Part shown: in pieces, positions 17,466 to 22,359 of the stretch
How positions within the stretch are numbered: the stretch's first letter is position 1
Layout of the letters: every line of letters begins with the position of its first letter
Source of the DNA: Candidatus Eiseniibacteriota bacterium
GTDB taxonomy: Bacteria > Orphanbacterota > Orphanbacteria > Orphanbacterales > Orphanbacteraceae
Direction of reading: 5' to 3'
NCBI GenBank assembly: GCA_043809585.1
Contig: JBDROZ010000070.1
Location: 141,122 to 163,480 of the forward strand
Length of the DNA stretch: 22,359 bases
The notes under the pieces: generated by a model
What the model saw: only the letters and a program-made list of their open reading frames with translations
What the model was told of the DNA's origin: nothing
Database searches by the model: none
Translations under genes and position numbers: made by a program

Positions 17466-18122
17466 TCACCCCTTCGCATCCATCAAGGCCCTCACACGGT
17501 CGACCGCGCTCGCCGCGTCGTAGGCGTACGCATCGGCGCCGATCGCTCGGGCGAATTCGTCGCTCACCGGCGCGCCGCCGACGATGACGAGCACCTTCTT
17601 GCCCAGGCCCCGCTCTCTCAAGAGGTCCACGGTCTTCTTCATGTTGGTCATGGTCGTCGTGAGAAGGGCGGACATGCCGATCACCTTCGCCCCCTCCTTC
17701 TCCGCGGCGTCGACGAAGTCCTCGGGGGAGACATCGTGGCCGAGATCGATGATCTCGAACCCCGCCCCCTTCAGCATGATGCCGACGAGGTTCTTCCCGA
17801 TGTCGTGGAGATCCCCCTGCACGGAGCCGAGAACGACCCGCCCCCGCTCCGGAGCGTTCTCCTTTATGAGGAGAGGCTTCAACTCGTCCATCCCCGCGTA
17901 CATCGCCTTCGCCGCGAGGAGCACGTCGGGGAGGAAGATCTCGTGGTGCTTGAACCTTTCGCCCACCACGCTCATACCGGCGATCAGCCCGTCGTTCAGG
18001 ATCGTCACCGCGGTGATTCCCCCCGCGACCGCCTCTTTCACGAGGGCGAGCACTAAGTCCGCCTCTCCCCCCTCGAGGCTCCCGGCGATGCGCTTCAGTA
18101 TTTCCTTCATGCTCATGCTCAT
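17466..18122 (-). CDS. Corrinoid (B12-binding) protein, MttC/MetH cap + cobalamin-binding domain type
   Basis: GLIAGMSVVGERF...EIFLPDVL cap domain; GDLHDIGKNLV (DxHxxG); GMSALLTTTM; VGGAPV. AAGGAG RBS at 18132-18137. Confidence 0.95.
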   Translation of the reverse strand: MSMSMKEILKRIAGSLEGGEADLVLALVKEAVAGGITAVTILNDGLIAGMSVVGERFKHHEIFLPDVLLAAKAMYAGMDELKPLLIKENAPERGRVVLGSVQGDLHDIGKNLVGIMLKGAGFEIIDLGHDVSPEDFVDAAEKEGAKVIGMSALLTTTMTNMKKTVDLLRERGLGKKVLVIVGGAPVSDEFARAIGADAYAYDAASAVDRVRALMDAKG

Positions 18123-18165
18123 GTTCGTGCACTCCTTCGGTCCGCCGGCGCGGCCGCCCGCGCGT

Positions 18166-18876
18166 CTACTCTTTCAAGCCCGCAAGCCGGGGCCGGCACC
18201 CATGGTCCGGGCAGTCGCGGCAAAACGGGAAGTTCGGATCGAACCGGTGAATCTCCGGGGGCCCCGCGACGAGCAGGCCGGAGACGCTCTTGATCGGATC
18301 CATGAGGAAACTCTCTCGAAGGGTGATCCCGATGTCGCCGGGCCGGAGCCTTTCGAAGAGACGCCCCTGCCCGGAGACGTGCCATCCGCAGTAGCCGGGG
18401 CTGTAACCGAGCACGCGGGTCTCGGTATCCGCTTTCCCGTTCATGACGAGATGATCGCGATACCATGCCTCCGCGGTCGCCGCCATCCGGTCGGCAGCGC
18501 CGCTCGCCGCGGCGTCGAGCATGCTCCCTCGGGGGAATTCGTTCTCCCCGAAGAGGCGCCCGATCTTCTCGGAGACCTCTCCGCCGAGGGTTGCGGCGTA
18601 AAGGGCGAGCCCCTTCGCCTTCGGGAAGATCGAACGGAGCGGGCCGTCCGGCTCGTTCATCCCCTCCCCCTCGAAGATCCGCGCGAAGTCATCCGCCCCG
18701 ACGCCATCGACGAGAAGCGCCGGCGCCGCGAGTTCCGAGAGGAGACGATACGCTTCGTCGACGAGGTCCGCGATCCGCGCGGGCACCTCCGTGTCCGCCG
18801 GGATGCCCTGAGCCTCGAGCACCGCCCCCCGAGGGGGCAGGATGTCCTCTATGTCGGGCCGGAGAATCTCCCGCAC
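18166..18876 (-). CDS. MetH activation (AdoMet-binding) domain-like protein
   Basis: YAATLG, MLDAAAS, YSPGYCGW, IGITLRESFLMDPIKSVSG; C-terminal CRDCPDHGC; GTG start adjacent to the upstream stop. Confidence 0.85.
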   Translation of the reverse strand: MREILRPDIEDILPPRGAVLEAQGIPADTEVPARIADLVDEAYRLLSELAAPALLVDGVGADDFARIFEGEGMNEPDGPLRSIFPKAKGLALYAATLGGEVSEKIGRLFGENEFPRGSMLDAAASGAADRMAATAEAWYRDHLVMNGKADTETRVLGYSPGYCGWHVSGQGRLFERLRPGDIGITLRESFLMDPIKSVSGLLVAGPPEIHRFDPNFPFCRDCPDHGCRPRLAGLKE

Positions 18877-18879
18877 GAT

Positions 18880-20337
18880 CTACTCCCTCGGAGGCAGACG
18901 GTCCATGCCCGCCCTCTTCGCCTTCTCTTCCATGAGACGGACCAGTTCCTTCTTCACGCCGCCCTCCGTGGCCGGTGGCGTCCACGCGGCGATCTTCTTC
19001 TCCACCTCGTCGTGAGCTCTCGCCCACAGGGGGCGGCTCCCCTCCTCGATCCAGCGGGGGCGGTTCGCCCGGTCGATGGCCGGTCCCGGAAAGTAGTGCT
19101 CTTCCCGGAGGTGCTTTCTCGTGTGCTTCGCGATGAGGAGGTGCTTTTCCCGGAGGAGTTCCTCGAAGAGGGGAAGAGAGGGGAAGTCCTCACGCGGCTC
19201 GATCCCCCGCGCCGCCCGGAGCGCCATGCCGCAGATCTCGTTGTCCACGACCAGTTTCTCGAGACTCTGGCAACTCTCGAAATCGAGCATGCCGGGCCCC
19301 GAAATGTTGTTGATGCCGGAGAGGGCGGCGAGGGTCGCGCCCATGGACGATTCGAGGCCCGCCTGAGCGTCGAGCTCCTTCGCGTCCGAGAGGGCGATGT
19401 ACGCCTGGGTCGGCATCCCGAAGCTCTTCCCGATCTCGTTGCAGGCGCAGTCGATCATCTGGGTCTCCACGGCGCCCATGGGGGTCGTCTCGTAGCGCAC
19501 GTCGAAGGCCGCCGGCGATCCGCCGTAGAGCATCGGCGCCCCCGGCTTCGCGCACTGGGAGATCACCACGCCCGAAAGGGTCTCCGCCGTATGCTGCACC
19601 AGCGTCCCGACGAGGGTGACCGGCGCCATGAACCCCGAGAGGGGCATGGCGATGAACTCGACCGGGATCGACCACGCCGCGCAGTCGACCGCGTTCTGGC
19701 TCGTCACGTCGCTCCACTTCAGCGGCGATGTGGGACAACAGGAGAAGACGGTGAGGGGTTTCTCGGCAAGGGCCTCCTTCGATCCGCGCACGGCGAGCTG
19801 GAGATCCCGCATGATCTCGAACGCCTCGATGGTGAAGGTGCCGGTCACCACCGGCTTCTCTCCGTAGAGGAGGCCGAGAAAGAGCCGGTAGCTGTCGGAG
19901 ATCTTCTCCGGCACGTCGGCGGGTATGAACGCCGTGCTCTGGGAGGCGATCGAATCGAGACCGCTCACGAGCTTCACGTAGCGAACGTAGTCCGACGTCG
20001 ACGGCTTCCGGATCTTGTTCGTCTCGTAGTCGAGGACGTGGAGGGCCGCCGATCCGGGCGTGAAATGGACCTCGTGGCCCGAGAAGTCGTTGGTCTCCTC
20101 CCCGGCGGTATTGTAGAGACGGAACGACCGGGGGGCGGTCGCGAGGGCCCGGTCGATCAGGTCCCCCGGAATGCGGGCGCGCCGCGTCCGGGGGTCGATA
20201 TCGGCGCCATGGTCGCCGAGAAGGCCGAGAACGCCGTCGTTCTGGATCTCCACGCCGAGTTCCCGGAGAAGGGTCCGGGCCTCGGAGACGATGCGCTCGA
20301 TCAGGTCGTCGCTGAGGAATCGCAGGGTCGGCCTCAA
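18880..20337 (-). CDS. mttB: MttB-superfamily (trimethylamine methyltransferase family) corrinoid methyltransferase, non-pyrrolysine type
   Basis: ALATAPRSFRLY, SPLKW, GFMAPVTLVGTLVQHTAETLSG, PGAPMLYGG, GAVE, SDAKELDAQAGLES, GMLD...SLEKLVVDNEI. TTG start with AAAGGAG RBS. Family assignment only; substrate unknown. Confidence 0.93.
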   Translation of the reverse strand: MRPTLRFLSDDLIERIVSEARTLLRELGVEIQNDGVLGLLGDHGADIDPRTRRARIPGDLIDRALATAPRSFRLYNTAGEETNDFSGHEVHFTPGSAALHVLDYETNKIRKPSTSDYVRYVKLVSGLDSIASQSTAFIPADVPEKISDSYRLFLGLLYGEKPVVTGTFTIEAFEIMRDLQLAVRGSKEALAEKPLTVFSCCPTSPLKWSDVTSQNAVDCAAWSIPVEFIAMPLSGFMAPVTLVGTLVQHTAETLSGVVISQCAKPGAPMLYGGSPAAFDVRYETTPMGAVETQMIDCACNEIGKSFGMPTQAYIALSDAKELDAQAGLESSMGATLAALSGINNISGPGMLDFESCQSLEKLVVDNEICGMALRAARGIEPREDFPSLPLFEELLREKHLLIAKHTRKHLREEHYFPGPAIDRANRPRWIEEGSRPLWARAHDEVEKKIAAWTPPATEGGVKKELVRLMEEKAKRAGMDRLPPRE

Positions 20338-20413
20338 GGGGGCTCCTTTCCCGGCTCGGGGCGGTGGCTGTCCGGAAAGAGCGTATCAGCTACCGCCCGA
20401 GGCCGCCATACCG

Positions 20414-20419
20414 TATAAT
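20414..20419 (+). promoter_or_regulatory. Possible -10 box for the class V PLP enzyme gene
   Basis: Perfect TATAAT in a GC-rich divergent intergenic region about 60 bp upstream of the ATG; no clear -35. Confidence 0.35.
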
Positions 20420-20476
20420 TCCCGGGCGGAGGACCGAACCGTGGATACCGGGAAGACGATTCCGAAGGAGACCGCC

Positions 20477-22207
20477 ATGCCGGACGAGACGGGTACGGAC
20501 GGGCTGTCGATCGAAGCGCTGAGGCGCGACATCATCGGAAGCGCCTTCCGATTCTCCACCCCCTTCGGCGAGCGGCTGATGGTTTACGGGGACTACACCG
20601 CTTCCGGGCGGAGCGTTCGCTTCATCGAGCGCTATCTGATGAAGATCCAGGAGCGCTACGCCAACACCCACACCGAGGACGACGAGACAGGGCGGAGCAC
20701 GACGGAGATGCTTCACGCCGCGGAGCGCACGATCAAGAGGCTCGTGAACGGCGGGCCGGAGACGTGCATCATCGCCGCCGGGACCGGCTGCACCGGCGCG
20801 ATCCAAAAGCTCCAGGAGATTCTCGGTGTCTACGTCCCTCCCGCCTCCCGGAGGTGGCTCGAGACGGGGGCCGCACGGTACGCCGTGGTGAGCGGGACCG
20901 ACGGTGCCGAGTTTGCGGCCTTCATGCACGGGCGCCGCCCGGTGGTTTTGGTCGGCCCTTACGAACACCACTCGAACGAGATCTCCTGGCGGGAGTCCCT
21001 CGCCCGGGTGGTGCAGATCCGCCTCGGCGACGAGGGGGGGATCGACCTGGTCGATCTGGAGGCGAAGGTCTCGGACCCGCGCTACGAGGGGGTTCTCAAG
21101 ATCGGGTCCTTCTCGGCCGCGTCGAACGTGACCGGCATCCGCACGCCCGTCCACGAGGTGGCGCGCATCCTCCACCGCCACGGCGCCCTCGCGTGCTTCG
21201 ACTTCGCCGCGAGCGCGCCCTATGTCGAGATCGACATGAACAGGGATGACGAGTCGTACTTCGACGCCGTCTATCTTTCGCCCCACAAGTTCCTCGGCGG
21301 GCCGGGGTCGAGCGGCATTCTCCTCTTCCGGCGGGACCTCTATCCGGTCGATCTCCCCCCCACGTTCGGAGCGGGGGGCACCGTCGACTACGTCGGCCCC
21401 AAGAACCACGACTACACGGCGGACATCGAGGCGCGAGAGAAGCCGGGCACGCCGGGGACCCTTCAAGTCATGAAGGCGGCCCTCGCCATGGAGCTGAAGG
21501 AGGCGGTGGGTCTCGATGTGATCGAGGCGCGGGAGGACGAGTACATCCGCCGGTTCATGGAGCGGTTCGGCGACCACGAGAAGGTCGAAGTCCTCGGGCG
21601 GCCGGAGCCCGGGAAGCACATCGCCGTCGTCTCCTTCAATATCCGACACGGCGAGAAGTACCTCCACCCGAAGTTGGTCACCCGGCTCTTCAACGATCTC
21701 TTCGGGATCCAGTCGCGGGCGGGGTGCTCCTGCGCGGGGCCGTACGGCCACTACCTGCTCCACATCGACGACGAGACGTCGGAGAAGTACCGTTGCCAGA
21801 TCAACGCCGGCCACCAGGGCATCAAGCCGGGGTGGGTGCGCATCGGCTTTCACTACACCATGGACGACATCGACTTCGACTTCGTCTTGAGCGCCCTCGA
21901 TTTCTTGGCCGAGAAGGGCCACCTCTTCCTCCCCCTCTACAATTTCAATCTCGAGACCGGAACGTGGACGCATCGGGAGGCGAAGGCGTGCGGCGTCAGG
22001 TTCGGTCTGGACGAGGCGCGGCGGCAGCGGAAGCTCCGGGAATCGCCGATCGAGAGCGACGAGGAGCGGGAGGCGGAGTACGATCGGTACCTGGCCGAAG
22101 CGCGGCGCTTAGCGGATGACCTCGAGAAGAGGGGCGCGCCCGACTACGGCACCCTCCCGGGCGAGTGCGAAGAGCTCACCTATTTCAGGTTCGTGAATCG
22201 GGATTAG
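20477..22207 (+). CDS. Aminotransferase class V / cysteine desulfurase-like PLP enzyme (576 aa)
   Basis: ATG 20477 after AAGGAG. YGDYTASG, YANTH, EHHSN, ASNVTG, DFAAS, SPHK (PLP lysine), RAGCSCA (SufS-like RxGxxCA), PGWVRIGF. Confidence 0.9.
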   Translation: MPDETGTDGLSIEALRRDIIGSAFRFSTPFGERLMVYGDYTASGRSVRFIERYLMKIQERYANTHTEDDETGRSTTEMLHAAERTIKRLVNGGPETCIIAAGTGCTGAIQKLQEILGVYVPPASRRWLETGAARYAVVSGTDGAEFAAFMHGRRPVVLVGPYEHHSNEISWRESLARVVQIRLGDEGGIDLVDLEAKVSDPRYEGVLKIGSFSAASNVTGIRTPVHEVARILHRHGALACFDFAASAPYVEIDMNRDDESYFDAVYLSPHKFLGGPGSSGILLFRRDLYPVDLPPTFGAGGTVDYVGPKNHDYTADIEAREKPGTPGTLQVMKAALAMELKEAVGLDVIEAREDEYIRRFMERFGDHEKVEVLGRPEPGKHIAVVSFNIRHGEKYLHPKLVTRLFNDLFGIQSRAGCSCAGPYGHYLLHIDDETSEKYRCQINAGHQGIKPGWVRIGFHYTMDDIDFDFVLSALDFLAEKGHLFLPLYNFNLETGTWTHREAKACGVRFGLDEARRQRKLRESPIESDEEREAEYDRYLAEARRLADDLEKRGAPDYGTLPGECEELTYFRFVNRD

Positions 22208-22218
22208 CCTTGATGCTC

Positions 22219-22359
22219 CTAGAATCGGTTTCACAACCTCCTTCGTCGCGAGATCGAGCGAAAGGTCCGGCGGCAAGGATCAAGGGGGAAAACGCCCGGA
22301 GGTGGCCTAAGAAGGCCATTGAGGACGTTTTTACCCGAGTACGCAGCCGCCGGGCCTTG
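22219..22359. mobile_element. Second fold-back MITE/REP-like element, probably truncated by the window end
   Basis: Starts at CTAG (22219-22222). Nested stems AAGGTCCGGCGGC/GCCGCCGGGCCTT (22262-22274/22346-22358), AAAACG/CGTTTT (22289-22294/22326-22331) and GGTGGCCT/AGGCCATT (22301-22308/22313-22320). Confidence 0.55.

Noticed and set aside
17584-20418. 944-aa plus-strand ORF (also 16514-17587 plus and 20390-21973 minus)
   Set aside because: Antisense shadows of the methyltransferase operon and the PLP enzyme.
20338-20476. SAM or cobalamin riboswitch upstream of the methyl-transfer operon
   Set aside because: Region is only about 140 bp and shows no recognisable S-box or B12-box consensus.

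Overview
High-GC bacterial window. The secreted-protein repertoire suggests an FCB-related lineage such as Eisenbacteria, Krumholzibacteriota or Latescibacterota (inference). Left half: a large Lys-gingipain (Kgp)-like C25 cysteine protease on the minus strand. It is missing from the ORF track and runs off the window edge. Divergent from it is a probable four-gene cell-surface operon: a multi-Ig protein with a FlgD-Ig/T9SS-like tail, two paralogous signal-peptide-bearing phage-tail-fibre-like proteins with degenerate S74 chaperone domains, and a TPR-PEGA membrane protein. Middle: an asymmetric REP-like repeat array, an FN3 lipoprotein ending in a SWGxxKxxFR motif, a 187-bp fully fold-back MITE-like element and a membrane Ser/Thr kinase with PEGA domains. 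Right half: a four-gene operon (non-pyrrolysine MttB-family methyltransferase, MetH activation-like protein, corrinoid protein, homocysteine methyltransferase). It looks like a split methionine synthase fed by a methylated amine instead of folate. It is followed by a divergent class V PLP enzyme and a second truncated fold-back element. Best novelty candidates are the protease-plus-fibre surface system and the folate-bypassing methionine synthase. All calls come from motif recognition by eye; no searches were run.
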